From Hyaloraphidium curvatum SAG 235-1 (taxonomy: Eukaryota > Fungi > Monoblepharomycota), in contig JAIVFI010000042.1 of assembly GCA_025558095.1 (NCBI GenBank), positions 372,001-436,000 on the forward strand: a DNA stretch of 64,000 bases, written 5' to 3'. This document shows, one piece after another, positions 1 to 12,380 of the stretch. Every line of letters begins with the position of its first letter. Within the stretch, counting starts at the first letter, position 1. The notes below the pieces were generated by a model. The model made no database searches. It worked only from the letters and a program-made list of their open reading frames with translations, and was not told the DNA's origin. A program made the position numbers and the translations under genes.

Positions 1-522
1 CGGCGGTGGCCGCCGTTCCGCGGGATGTGGGCGTTCCCGGGCGGCTTCGTCGAGTACGGCGAGGACCCGCGCGCCGCGGCCGTGCGCGAGCTGCGCGAGG
101 AGACCGGCATGGCGGTGGCCGCGCGCGACGGCGACGTGGCCGAGCGGGACGCCGCGGCGCGCGCGCCCGAGGACGCTGAGAGGGAGCTGGAGCGGACGGC
201 GCGGCTGGTCGACGTCAACGGCTCGCCGGACGCCGACCCGCGCGGCCACGCCGTGTCGATCGTCTACGCCGTGCGGACGCCGCGGTTCCTGCCCGGCGAC
301 CTGGTGTCGGGCTCGAGGGAAGCGCGCAGGCGGTTTCTGGACGCGCTGAGGCCGCGCGACGATGCCGCCGAGGTCGGCTGGGTGGCGCTGGAGGACATCC
401 AGAGCGGCAAGGAGAAGCTCGCGTTCGCGCACGGCGACACGGTGCTGGGACCGTGGATGGATTTCTGGGAGCGCGAGGGCAAGCTGGGGAAGGGCGACGA
501 CGCGTGGTTCGTCGAAGTATAG
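1..522 (+). CDS. Nudix hydrolase, ADP-ribose pyrophosphatase-like (5'-partial)
   Basis: Nudix box [23 protein letters not shown], followed by [19 protein letters not shown] and LAFAH motifs typical of ADP-ribose pyrophosphatase-like Nudix enzymes; frame is open to the window edge; stop at 520-522. Confidence 0.85.
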   Translation, partial: RRWPPFRGMWAFPGGFVEYGEDPRAAAVRELREETGMAVAARDGDVAERDAAARAPEDAERELERTARLVDVNGSPDADPRGHAVSIVYAVRTPRFLPGDLVSGSREARRRFLDALRPRDDAAEVGWVALEDIQSGKEKLAFAHGDTVLGPWMDFWEREGKLGKGDDAWFVEV

Positions 523-865
523 GCATGTGGAGAGAGTTATACCCCTCTTGGCGTTCCGATGTGCCGTTTTAGCCTATGCCCGTGGTGACTCTGGGGCCGG
601 CACGGCAAGCCCGTGCAGATCGGGGCCCGGATCTATCCGTGAGCCATATCGCGCCGATCAAGGCACGCTGAAGTATGTCGATCGATCCTGTAACCGCCCT
701 GAGGATGGTGTGATCGGGCGGCCGCAGGGGCAGGGCACGAGGCTAAATCTGCCCGCCCCGTCGGCCCTGAAACTCCAGGCACCGGTGTCCCCCTCCGGCC
801 GCCCCATTTGCCATCGCCCCACCGCGTCGAGCCCTTCGGAGGCTCAGCAACTCGCCGAGCGCGCC

Positions 866-2456
866 ATGGCCGGAGGGCGCACGGACCCCGCGGCGACCGC
901 CAACGCACGTGCGCCGCCCAAGTCCGCCACACCCCGCATCCCGACCCCCGCGGGCGACCCGGCCGGGCAGACCCCCGGGGACGAACTCAACGCGCGCACG
1001 CTCGCCCTGGGCGGCGAGCCGTGGCCGACATCGCGCTACTTCCGCTGGGAGTTCCTCTTTGGCGCCGCACTGTGCGCCAACTTTGCCCTGTTCTGGGCGC
1101 CCTCGCTGCTGCTGCAGGGGCAGTCGTGGCACCTCTTCTTCAAGCGGTTCCTGCAGCCCGTGTACGATGCCATGGACCGGTCGCCCGCCGTCCGCGGGTT
1201 CGCCGAGAGATACGTGTACTCGAAGCCGCAGCACGCCGACTTCTTCGTCACGACGGTCCTGATCACCGTGTCGACCGCGGTGTCGGCCGTCGCGCTGATC
1301 GCGATCCAGAACAAGCTGGGGTACCTGCCGTGGACCGTGCTGCTGCTCTACTACAACGTCTGGTGGGTCATCCGCGCGGCGCCTACCGGCGGTGCTGACC
1401 GCTTCGACTGCCAGGCTCGGTCTCGGCGGCCGCATGATGGGCGCCACCTACGCCCTGACCCACCGCGAGGCGCACACCCCCACCCTTTACCGCCGCTCGA
1501 TCCGCGACACCCTGGGCACCATCTCCAGCGACTGGGTCGGCCTCATGTACGGGAACGTCCCCGACCTCTTCGCCACCTCCCACATCTGGGTGCACCACAA
1601 GCTCAACGGCGCCCCGCCCGACACCATCTACATGTGGGACAACCCCCGCGACTCGCTCCGGGGTTTCGCCCTCTTCGTCACCCGGATGTTCCACAACCTC
1701 GCCGGCACCTCCTCGCTCCGCATCTTCGAGGTCAACAAGCGCCCCGCGCTGCACGCCAAGCTGCGCGCGGGGATGCTCAAGTTCTGGGTCTACACTCCGC
1801 TGGTCCTCCTCGTCCTCACGCGGAGCCCGTCGTTCCTGTTCTGGATCTGGCTCCAGCCGCTGCTCTGCATGACGGTGTTCCTGGCCGTCGTCAACGTGTC
1901 GCAGCACGCGTTTGTGGAGTACGACGAACAGGGGAAGCTGGTGCCCGCCGTGACCAGCATGACGGTGCTCGACGGGTGGGTGTCCACGGTGGGCTCGCGC
2001 CGAGGGATCACCGACCTCACCGCGCTTCGAATCAAGGATGGACGACTACTGGGGCGAGGACAACCACATCAGCCACCACAACTCGGTCACGACCTACTTC
2101 CGGGACCTCCCCGAATGGTCCGTGCCCCCCCTGCCCCATCGATCGCGGCACGCTGACCCCGCCCCGCCGCCAGGAACGCCGCCCAGCGCGACGAATGGCG
2201 CCGCGTGCGCGCGTCGGTGTTCCGCGGCACCTCCATCGTCGAACTCTCCGTCCTGGTCCTGCTCGGCAAGTGGGACGAGCTCGCGGCGTACTACGTCGAC
2301 CACTCGGACACGCCGATGGACAAGGGGGAGGTGGCGAGGATGCTCGCGGACAGGGCGAGGAGGGTGCAGATGCGGTGGGAGGAGTACCAGGACGGGCCGT
2401 GGCGGTGTCCCTTGCTGGGCAAGGTGGCCGCGGACAAGGGCGAGGAGGAGGACTGA
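866..2456 (+). CDS. Membrane-bound fatty acid desaturase-family protein (4 exons)
   Basis: Introns 1363-1414, 1976-2036, 2118-2173 (all GT..AG) join the ORF pieces in frame; three His boxes HREAH, HIWVHH, HISHH; several hydrophobic segments. Confidence 0.8.
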
Positions 2457-2677
2457 TCTCGGGGCCGGGGGGACTCATGCCGGGCCGGGGATAGATGCTA
2501 GACGGCGTCTGGAGGCACGATTATGGTATGATGCAATGATATTGCCGCGAAAGGGGAACGATCGCCGGATCGCTTGGCAGTGGCCCGATGACCTGCGGAG
2601 CTTCGGGCTGTGCGCGGCCGCATTTTCACCGCAGGTCATCTTCTGCATGTCCCGCACGCGCAAATCGGGCAAGTAGC

Positions 2678-5660
2678 ATGGCGGAATCATTATCCGCGGA
2701 CCGTGTAGCCTCCGGTGCCACCGCGATGGAGGCGAACGGCCCGCTTGCGGTGTTGGAGACGGTGCAGGACGGCGACGCGCAACCGACCGGGACGCAGGAC
2801 ACCGCACCCCCGGAATCCGCTCCGGCGTCTACGGAGCCGGCCGTCGACGGAGCCCCCGACGGCGCGCCGATTCAGTCGAAGATACCCGTGGGGCCGGCGC
2901 CGAAGGACTACGCGGCCAACGGGGCGGCTCCCGTCGCCGAGAAACGGCCGACCGGCCCCCCGGCATGGGCCGCCAAGGAGTACCCGCACATTCCGCTCGC
3001 GATCGTCATCATGATCGTCGGCTCGCGCGGCGACGTGCAGCCCTTCGTGGCCCTCGGCCGCATGCTCAAGCAGCGGTACGGCCACCGCGTCCGGCTCGCG
3101 ACCCACGCGACCTTCCGCTCCTTCGTCACCGACGCCGGCCTCGAGTTCTACCCGCTCGCTGCGGATCCGGCGGAGCTCATGGCGTACATGGTGAAAAATC
3201 CCGGGGTCTTCCCTTCAAGGGAGTCGGTTCGCTCGGGGGACATCGGCAAGAAGCGCAACGCGATCGAGGCCATCCTGGATTCCTGCTGGGACGCCTGCAT
3301 CAAGCCCGATCCCGGTGTTCCCGGCGGACGTCCGTTTCTCGCCCAGCTCATCATCTCGAACCCCGTCACATTCGCGCACGTGCACTGCGCGCAGCGCCTT
3401 CGGGTGCCGCTGCACATCTTCTTCACGGTGAGCCGACGTCGCAGAAGAAGTGGGCCTGCGTCGTTCTGACAAGGCGCATGCAGATGCCCTGGACGCCGAC
3501 CCGCTCGTTCCCCCACCCTCTGGTCCGATCCTCGGGCATAGTTTCGGACGACGCAAGCCTTACAAACTACCTATCATATGGTTTTGTCGAAAACCTCACA
3601 TGGACTGGCCTTCAGGACCTAATCAACGGCTTCCGGAAGAACACTCTCGGACTCCAACCGATCAGCCAGCTACGCGGGCCGTATCTCATGGGAAGCCACG
3701 CGATCCCGACGACCTACACCTGGTCGCCCGATCTGGTGCCCAAGCCGCCGGATTGGGTCACGGGCCCGCGCAAGGGGACCGCGGAGCCGCCTGCGTGGCG
3801 GGCGGTGGGCGAGCCGGCGATGCGGCGGACGCCCGAGGACGGCGAGATGATCGACGTGTGCGGGTTCCTGTACCTCGACACCCTGGCCAAGGGGTACGAG
3901 CCCCCGGCGGAGCTGGCCGATTTCCTGGTGCGCAGGACGGACCAGAAGATCGTGTACATCGGGTTCGGCTCCGTCGTCGTGCCGGATCCGGACGCGTTCA
4001 CCAAGGTCATCCTGGAGGGGGTCAAGCTCGCGGGCGTCCGCGCGCTCGTCAGCCAGGGATGGGGCGGGCTCGGGATGAAGGACCAGCCGGCGGAGGAGAT
4101 GGACGGCGAGAAGCAGGTGCTCTTTATCGGCAACACGCCGCATGATTGGCTGTTCCTGCAAGTGAGAACGATTGGCTAAGGAACATATCGCCGGATCTCA
4201 TGGTGATCGCCATGATCCCATTGTACAGATCGACGCCGTTGTTCACCATGGGGGTGCAGGAACAACCGCTGCCGGGCTCAAGGGTAGGTGTGGAAGAATT
4301 TGCTCTCCTCCGGGCCACTCAGACACCTGCACAAAGCCGACCGGCCGACCTTTGTCGTCCCCTTCTTCGGCGACCAGCCATTCTGGGGCTCCATGGTGCA
4401 CCGCATGGGCCTGGGCGCAGCCCCCGTTCACTTCAAGGAACTAACAGCAGAGAAGCTCGCCGATGCCATCCGCACCTGCCTCGACCCAGCGGTCGCGGAG
4501 AAAGCCAAGGAGATCGGCGCCCGCATGCGCGAGGAGACGGGCGTCCTCAACGCGTGCCGGTCGATCCACAGGCACCTCCCGCTCGACGGGCTGCGGTGCC
4601 AGCTCCTTCCCGAGCGGCTGGCAACGCATCGCCTGCGGTTCGGGCCCAAGCTGGCCATGTGCGCCGCGGCGGCGGACGTGCTCATCAAGCGGGGTCTGGT
4701 TCCCAAGTGGCAGCTGAGGCGGCGGAACGGCGGCCTGGTCAAGTGGGACATGGACGACGTGCCGATCGAGCGTGGGTTCTGGTGTCCGGAGCGCCGTGCT
4801 TTTCTGATGCATCGGCCGCAGTGGTCACTGCCATTTTGCGCATCGGCAAGGACGTCACCCTGGACTTTGTTGAGGGCGCTACAGGCCTCTTTTACGAGCC
4901 AGTCAAGGGCGGCCGCGCAGCAACGGCCGAGAAACGTCCCTTGGAAGCCTTCAAGGGCATCGGCAAGGGCATATTCGTCCTCGCCTACTGTCCCGTCAAG
5001 GCGGCCGGCCGCATCCTCGGGTACTCCGCCGACGGCCTGCGCAACGCGGCGTCGACGTTCGAAGGGAAGCCCCCGCAGGCGCGCAAGCCCGTCACGTCCC
5101 TGGCCACTGGCGCCAAGGCGGGTTGCGAGGCGGTGTACAAGGGCTTCGTGGATGGGCTCGGGGGCTTCTTGACCAAGCCCGTGACCGTGCCGAGGCGCTT
5201 CGGCGTCGTCGGGGTGCCGCTCGGCATGGCGGCGGGCATAAGCTCGCTGATGAAGCCGTTCGGGGGCATGATGGACTTTTGCTACCAGATCATCAAGGGC
5301 GCCAAGCACGACATCCTGCTGCTGCTCACCCCAGAGCAGGAGGCGCGGCGAAGAGAAGCCGCCAAGGTCGTAAAGCACGTCGGCATCGTCGGCGGGCCCG
5401 TGCCGGACGACGCCGGGGACGCACCAGCAGCAGCAGAGCCCCTGCTCACGGCCGAGGAGGAAGAGCTGGTGGTCAAGAGGTTCCAGGAGTTCCGCAAGTC
5501 GGGCGGGGAACCGTGGTTCGGATCAGAGATCCGCGCCCAAATGGCCGAGAACGACATGCAGGCCTCGGACAGCAAGTTGCGTTTGCAGAACAACTTCCAG
5601 GCAACGGTGATGGGCAGGAAAGCAAGGGCGGCGCAGGGCGCGTTCAAGCCTATTGCTTGA
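2678..5660 (+). CDS. Sterol 3-beta-glucosyltransferase-like UDP-glycosyltransferase (GT1, UGT80/Atg26 catalytic-domain type; 5 exons)
   Basis: GSRGDVQPF, HRVRLATH, MPWTPT, YIGFGS, PHDWLF, VVHHGGAGTTAAG, PFFGDQPFWG; introns 3428-3483, 4162-4228, 4284-4336, 4772-4821. Confidence 0.9.
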
Positions 5661-5737
5661 GACTCTGCGTGTTCAACACGAACATTAAATTGACATCTCG
5701 GCCTCTCCAACCCCAATCCACTCGTTCCTGCCGTGCT

Positions 5738-7295
5738 TCAGGGCGAAGGACATGCCACATCCAGCACAATCGCCACCCCGCTCGTCCGCAGCAACGACCA
5801 CACTGCTGCCAGCACGGTGATCGAGGTGACCAGCACCGTCCTGACCACGGCAACGCCAACGGGAAAGCCAGCAAACCGCGCGCGGTGCCGCTCGGCGGCG
5901 GCAAAGGCCGCGAGCACCTCGGCGTGATATCGCAAAGGGCTCGAGGGGTCGCCGCCGGCGGCTACGAGGCAAGCAGTGCGGGCGCGCAAACAAAGGTCGG
6001 AGATGGCGGAGATTTCCGAGTTAGAGGCGGCGATGTTGATCAGGTCCGTCATGAGAATGAAGAGGGTAAAGGCGAGGAGGATCACCACCCAGAGTGGGAC
6101 GCAAGCACCGGCAATCTGTCAGGGCCGGATTAAGACGGTTCTGTGTCGGCCTAAAAGGTGCCGGAAGTGAACCCACGATGTTGGTGATCGAAACGATGCA
6201 CACGGTGGCCAAGTACATAACCACGGCCATGCTTCCAGATTGAAGCACGGGCGAACGCTTCTCCCAGACCGCGACAAGGCTCAAGTGGAAGTCTACGTAC
6301 GGCTGTCGGCTCCTGGGGGTCGGCGGCGTTTGCGGCTTCTCCAGCATGTCCATCAGAAGGAGACTCATGGCGCGGTGATGCAATCGCATCGTCAACTTGG
6401 AAGCGGAAATGCTGCCCGAGGTGCGGTAGATCGCGAGGCCAGTGAAGAAGTCGGCAGTGTAGGCCAGCCAGGCGGCCGTTATCAGCCCTGCCCACCAGAT
6501 GCTCCACGTCCAGGGAGCAAGCGTGATGGTAGCGGTCGAAGCCACCAGCCAGAAAGAAGCCACAGGGAGCAGAATGCGAAGTGGGAGTTCCAAAAGGCGC
6601 AGGCGGCCCGCGGAGCGCATCAGACCGCCTGCGCAGGAATTCCTGGAGCAGGGACAGAGCTTGTCGGCCGGATCATGCGCCAAGAGCTTCGATGCTAGAC
6701 CCGCCCGGTCGGCTTCGGGGTCTGCCTCGGAGTCGGCACCGGGCAATGGCGCGTCCAGACCGCTGCTGCCTTTCCTGACCAGCGATTTCCAGCGCGCAAA
6801 GACGGCTAGTGGGTGCCCAGCGGCGTCTGCGTCCAAGCCGACCTGCGCGCCGACCAAGGGTTTCCGGAATCCGTGCAAGTAGCCGGCAGAGGCTATTCCC
6901 CCGGCAACCACTGCCAAGGAGCAGAGGCCGGTGGATAGCATGGAGGCCAGCATTGCCTGCGCCGAAAACAGCGAGCCGCGCCCGACATAAGTCACGGCCA
7001 GTAGCGGCCATTCCAGCAAGGCCAAAATGGCCAGCCTGGGGACGAACGAGGTGCCGCGGCCGACGAACGCAAACTGCAGCCGCGCCAGGCCGCGCAGCGG
7101 CTGCGGCAGCTCGGCCAGCAGCGCGCGTCGCGAGAGCGGCGCGTGTTCCCGGGCAGCGCCGGCGGGGTCGGCGGGCGCCGGGATGCCGAGCTCGGGCTCA
7201 ACGGGGGGCGGCGTCGGGAAGAGCGCGAGCGCCTCCGCCGCGCTGAACATGCCCAGCACAGGGGGCGACTTGTCAGCTATCTCATCGGACTCCAT
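5738..7295 (-). CDS. Uncharacterised 7-TM membrane protein, family member 1 (498 aa, 1 intron)
   Basis: Intron 6116-6176 (GTGGGT..CAG) joins ...SITNI|IAGACVPLWVVILL...; shares HPLAVFAR, HDxxDxLCPC, RLHxRA, GxCxP, DLxxxxASN, ARFxGFxV and WSxLRxxGV motifs with the ORFs at 32771, 38528 and 45348. Confidence 0.75.
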
Positions 7296-7528
7296 GGTCG
7301 GTTGCGCTGGGAGAGGCGCGTCTCGAGCTTCGAGCTTACAGTCAACGATGCTGCAGAGATGCGTGGATCCTTCCGCCCTTCCATCGCGAGCTTCCGCCGT
7401 CGAACACTATCAATCTCTCCATCCTGGCACCGGTCCTTCGTTTTGCGCTCAATGCACTCTCTCACATTAAGAACTGTGCCGGATCGTTGATTCTTCCTCG
7501 ATGGTACAATGAACATTGGGAATTTGGT

Positions 7529-7796
7529 CGATCCGCACTATTCCGGCCAAATCCACCATCGTGTCTTCCTCACGGGGTAACGTAGAACTTGGAAAGTGCG
7601 GGGACAGAGTTCCCGCTCGAACTTGGCTTCGAAGTGATCTTGGCCCGGGCGATGCCAAACTTTCGGCTGGCTGAGGTGGACCCTGCACGGATTCCGGCCA
7701 GACCAACCATCGTGTCCTCCTCACTGGCTCAAATAGATTCTGGGAAGCGCGGGGACAGAGTTCCCGCTCGAACTTGGCTTCGAAGTGATCTTGGAC
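7529..7796. repeat. Imperfect direct repeat, period 151 bp, with an identical 46-bp core
   Basis: gcggggacagagttcccgctcgaacttggcttcgaagtgatcttgg at 7598-7643 and 7749-7794; flanking ttccggcca..accatcgtgtc.tcctcac also repeated. Confidence 0.85.
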
Positions 7797-8001
7797 CCCG
7801 CCATTGCAGGCCAGTTAGGACGGTTACCTTTGAAAGCATCGTTGGATCGGATTGCTTTCGTCGGAGGGAACCATCAACATGACGAGTTGCGGAACGACCT
7901 CTAGGCGACGGAAAGGCCGGGACAGCTAGGGCGGCGGAGGGCTCCTTCAATCCCGTTGTATGATCCTCGTGCAAAATCCATGAAGCGAAAATTCTACTGC
8001 G

Positions 8002-9265
8002 TCAGAAAAGGAGTGACGGCCCGAGGTCCGCGCGGGAGCTCCAGGAAAGGCAATCAGGAAAGACGACGACCGGTTCGTCGTACGGGCCGAGCGAGACCGA
8101 AGGAAGGCTGCACCAGGACTCTTCCGCCTCGGTCGGCGAGTTGTCCGTCTGCACGGCGATCCTGATGGTGCGATCGCCCCGGGATGCCGCTGGGAGGGTG
8201 GCTCTGAGCCGTTACTCGGCCTCGGAGCCCGGTTCCACCGCGCTCGGGTTGCGGATGTAGAATGTCCGGAGGTTGGAAGGCAGGCCCAGGGCCACACTCA
8301 CAAACTCGAGGTTGGGTCGCGATGCGCTCAGCATACGGAGGCTTTCGAGGCCCATGACGAATTCCCAGACAGTGCGGCCCGCTTCATGATCGTTCGTGGC
8401 TTGGATCAAAAGGGCGTCGGGCCTGAAGGCAGGTTCATTCCGGAGCCTGAGCATGGTCGCGACCGAGAGCTTGCCCTCCTTCAGCGTCGCAACAGCTTTA
8501 GTACCGACCAGGAGGTCGGCATCGATGTAAAACGCGCTCGACCAGGCGGTAATGCTGTCGGAGCGCGCGATCGCGGCGATGAGCTTCCCCAGGGCCGCCT
8601 GCTTCCTGGGGCCGGGGAAGGTACGGTCGCCGTTGGGCCGGAGGATGTAGAGCCGTTCGAGAAGCGGGGGCAACTCCACGGCGTCGAGGTCCTCGTATCC
8701 GTCGCTCAGCTGGAAGAAGAGGGATCGTAGGCTTTCCGAACGCGCGAGCTCCCGAAGCACGGGGCTGATTCTCGCGCCGAGTTCCAGGCCGAGAAGATTG
8801 ACGGTACCGCCAGATATCAATCCCTCGACAAAATGGTCTTCCTCGCCTTCCGAAGGCGAATAAGCGGCCGGCCAAGAAACACACTTCAGCATCCGGCAGC
8901 GCCGGAGGAGCTCCAGTGCGTTGATCAACGAATATGGTTCCATGGCTAGGCTTCAATCCGAACAGTAGCATGCTTACGTGCCGAAACTTGTCCGAGTTGG
9001 CCGAGTCCCGGAGGAAAGCAGCGAAGTTGTCGGCCGCTGTTCGGGCATTGTTGCTGCCCCGGTGGAACCACGTTTCCTCGATGCGATAGAGACGCCAGGG
9101 TTGGAGGAGTTCGTTGCAGCTCCGCGACGCGAGTGCAAACTCCAACAGTGTGCGAGAGTCCGACGGGAAGCAGCGTGCCACGAGGAACAGGACCTCCGGC
9201 GGCAGCAGCGGAGACGGAACGGGGGCTCCGGCACTCTCGGCGGCGTCGGATCCGGGCGCGGCCAT
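8002..9265 (-). pseudogene. F-box/LRR-like gene, disrupted
   Basis: N-terminal F-box-like LPPEVLFLVARCF...LALASRSC; frameshift near 8945-8955; LRR-like repeats (LPPLLERLYI, LPSNLRTFYI); in-frame TAA at 8212-8214 with coding-like sequence continuing to TGA at 8002-8004. Confidence 0.6.
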
Positions 9266-9423
9266 CGTGGATCACTATTCTCTCGGCTCAGGAATGATGC
9301 CTTTCCTTTGGGCAATGACAGTCCTCTCGGGTGGACGCGTTCATCTGCCGCGCGTCGCGGGCGGCCAATCTCTTCGGCCCGTGTCGAGCCGTCGCCCGAC
9401 CCAGCGCCGCCCCGTTCCCACCG

Positions 9424-10314
9424 ATGAAAGTCTCCGACGCGATCCACGCACGGCACTCGTGCCGGCAGTTCCTCGCCGACCGCCCCGTGCCCGAAGAGAC
9501 GGTCCGCCGCCTGCTCGAGCTCGCCGCGCGCGCGCCCTCGGGAGGCAACACGCAACCATGGCACGTCTACGTCGTCACCGGAAAGGCCAAAGAGGAGCTT
9601 TCCAAGGCTGCGAGGGCCGAGATGGGCAAGGGGAACTTCGCCGACAAGCCCGAGTACCAGATGTACCCGAAACCAGCGGATTCCGCGGCCTACATGGCTC
9701 GGAGGAGGTGCGGCTTGGCATTTGGGGCATCTCTGGGCGGCGATTGACCGTGGAGACGTCCTTATGCTGCGTGCCGACGCAACAGGAAGCTCGGATTCGA
9801 CATGTACGACCTCATGGGTGTTGGCAGGACGGATGCCAAGGCGCGGGGCGAGGCGGCGGCCAGGAACTTTGACTTTTTCGACGCACCTGTCGGTTTGATC
9901 GTCACGGTGGACCGCTTCTCGGACAGAAACGGTGGGCGAGCCCTCGGTCGTGTTCTCGGAGGAGGGCTGACGGTTCGATCGCAGCTTGGGGGCACGTGGG
10001 GATGTTCCTACAGACCTTCTGCCTCGCCGCCGCGGAAATGGGCCTGGCGACGTGCCTGCAGGAGGCATGGTCGCAGTACCACACGAGGTGGGTCGTCCAG
10101 GTGCCCTCGAGGAACCGGACCGGGTACCAACACCATCATCCCCGTGTCTAGCGTCGTCTACAAGAACCTCCCCATCCCCCAGACCGAGATCGTGTGGTGC
10201 GGGATCGCACTGGGCTACGAGGACAAGTCGGCAAAGGTCAACACGCTCAAGAGCGAGCGCGAGCCCGTGGACGTCTTCACGAAGTTCTTCGACACGCTGC
10301 CGGCGAAGCTCTGA
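9424..10314 (+). CDS. Nitroreductase family protein (NfnB/PnbA-like; 4 exons)
   Basis: ARHSCRQF, RAPSGGNTQPWHVYV, NFDFFDAPVG, GMFLQTFCLAAAEMGLATCLQ, CGIALGY; introns 9708-9785, 9932-9984, 10088-10151. Confidence 0.9.
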
Positions 10315-10425
10315 GGCGGGGACGACCGGGGCTACTTATTGTGCTAGAGACACGTGGTCGACACATAGAGCAGCAAACACTCAGTCAGTTCCGTTTCCTC
10401 ATACAGATCAGCATAACGAGATCAA

Positions 10426-11704
10426 TCAAGCATATTCATCTCCGGCTTCAGATCCTTCCTCTTCGCCATCTTCCGAGTCGTCCCCAGCGCCACCGTTGCC
10501 GTTGCCCAGGGGCTCCTTGCGGCTCTTGGCCGCCCTCTCCCGCCTAGGCCTCTTGGATGCCCTCTCTTCCTCGTCCTCGTCGTCCGACTCGGCATCCAAC
10601 CCGTCTCGCTCCCCGCTGCCAGCGCGCTTCTTCTTGTTCTTCGCCGCCTTCTCTGCCGCCTTCTCCACCTTGGCCCTCTCGGCATCCTCCTTCTCCTTCT
10701 TTTCCGCTCTCCGCACGTACTCCTTCACCCTTTCCGCCGCCCCCTCGCGGGGCCAGAACCCCTTCTCGTCCCTGTCCACCTGCCCCCGATCGAAAAGCGT
10801 CCGCACCGCCTGGGCCACGTGGGTCCCGAAATCCCGGACGTGGGATCGGGCGACCTGCCCGCTCTGGAGCTGGCCGAGCTGGTTCGCGAGCTGGTTCGCG
10901 CTGGCGAAGATGCTCCGGACCGCGGCCTCGAACCTGCGCGCCTGCTCGTGCCTGTCGCGGTTCCTGGAATCCGCGGCGAGCTGCAGGAGGACGTCGCAGA
11001 TTTCGTAGTTGGAGAGTTTGGGTGCGGGCGGTGGGGCGGGTTCCTCCGAGGACCCGGCCGACGCCGGCGGCGGGGAAGCCTCCGATGCAGGGTGCGTCGA
11101 GGAAGAATGACGTGGCGGGGATGCCTCATCGGCCACGTCCATAGTATCCATCGGTTCGGGAGGCGCCGGAAGAGCTTTGGGTCTCGCGGGCGTCGTGGCG
11201 AGCGTCAGCAGCCCCGTTCCGCGCGATGCGGGTGGGCCGTGGCGCCCGCTCTCCGCGTCGGAAACATGTCCGTCGTCCGCGTCAATGTCCGCTGCATGCT
11301 GTCGGCCACTAGAAGAGGTCGGTTCGGGTGCCTCGAACGCCCGGAGCGCTGCCCCGTATAGCTGCGCTCTCAGGTCCGCCGCCGCCCGGTGCGCTTCCTC
11401 AAGCTCGGCCTTTTGCACGCCAAGCTGTGCATCCAACGCCGCCTTCTCGGCGGTAAGTTCCCCGTTCTTCCTCAGCAGCTCGTTTCGGTGCCGTTTCAGC
11501 GCCCTCTTCTTCACTGTGGCCGTCACCGCCGCCGCATTTGCCTCATCTGCCGCCTTCCTGAAGGCATCACGCTCGGTCTTGGCCGCAGCCCACCCGGCTT
11601 CGGCCTTGTCCCACTGCCGGCGCATGGTTTCGAGCTCGGAACGCAGCGGGGCGGCAACTTCTCTCAAGAAGCTCCGCCATCACTTCCTTCGCAGGGCGCG
11701 GCAT
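10426..11704 (-). CDS. Hypothetical coiled-coil protein with charged C-terminus (possible 1-nt frameshift near 11668)
   Basis: 413-aa ORF with heptad-rich N-terminal half and K/E/D-rich tail; the likely ATG at 11704 (MPRPAKEVMAEL) is one base out of frame. Confidence 0.45.
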
Positions 11705-11852
11705 CTTCTCGTCCGTTTGACGGCGATGAGGAAGGGGAGGAGGCGGAGAGGAGGGCGCGATGGCGGACGACAGTTCGCCGACGCCGCAGCGCGTCGCGAC
11801 CACGACGCGATCGGCCGCGCGATTCTCTGTTGACAACATGCGCTGAAGGACG

Positions 11853-12380
11853 ATGAGCATGCCCGGAGGCACCTTCCAGCACCGCAGCTTCTTCCTCGAG
11901 CTCGAGTCGCCCGCTGCGTTCCGCCCGAAGCCATTCCCGCGGGCTGACGTCGTGCTGGCATGCGCCGAGCAGGCCGACGCGGAGCTTTGCCGCGAGCTGT
12001 GGACGGAAGTCGGGCGGACGTTCTGGACCGAACGGGAGGAATGGACGGTAGCAAACTGGCGGGATCACCTCGCGTGGCCTGGGGTGCACTTCGGCATCGC
12101 CTCCGTACCCGGCGAACCTGTCGGCTTCTTCGAGTTGGTTTTTGGGGGCGAATGCACCCAACTGGAGGGGTTCGGCCTGCTTCCAGCATGGCGTGGACAT
12201 GGCCTCGGCGGCGGGCTCCTGTCTGCTGCCACGCGGCAGGCACTCGCTGACGGGGCGGTCAAAATCCGACTGCACACCGCGACGGATGATCACCCGCACG
12301 CGCTGCCGAACTACCTGGCGCGGGGATACCGCGTCTACCACGAGGAGGAGCTGGCACATCCGATCCGAACGATGAGATAG
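11853..12380 (+). CDS. GNAT family N-acetyltransferase, intronless, bacterial-like
   Basis: VGFFEL, FGLLPAWRGHGLGGGLL (acetyl-CoA binding motif A), RLHTATDDHPHALPNYLARGY. Confidence 0.85.
   Translation: MSMPGGTFQHRSFFLELESPAAFRPKPFPRADVVLACAEQADAELCRELWTEVGRTFWTEREEWTVANWRDHLAWPGVHFGIASVPGEPVGFFELVFGGECTQLEGFGLLPAWRGHGLGGGLLSAATRQALADGAVKIRLHTATDDHPHALPNYLARGYRVYHEEELAHPIRTMR

Noticed and set aside
8946-8977. 32-nt GTAAGC..TAG intron rescuing the F-box gene
   Set aside because: Shorter than any other intron here and does not restore the reading frame
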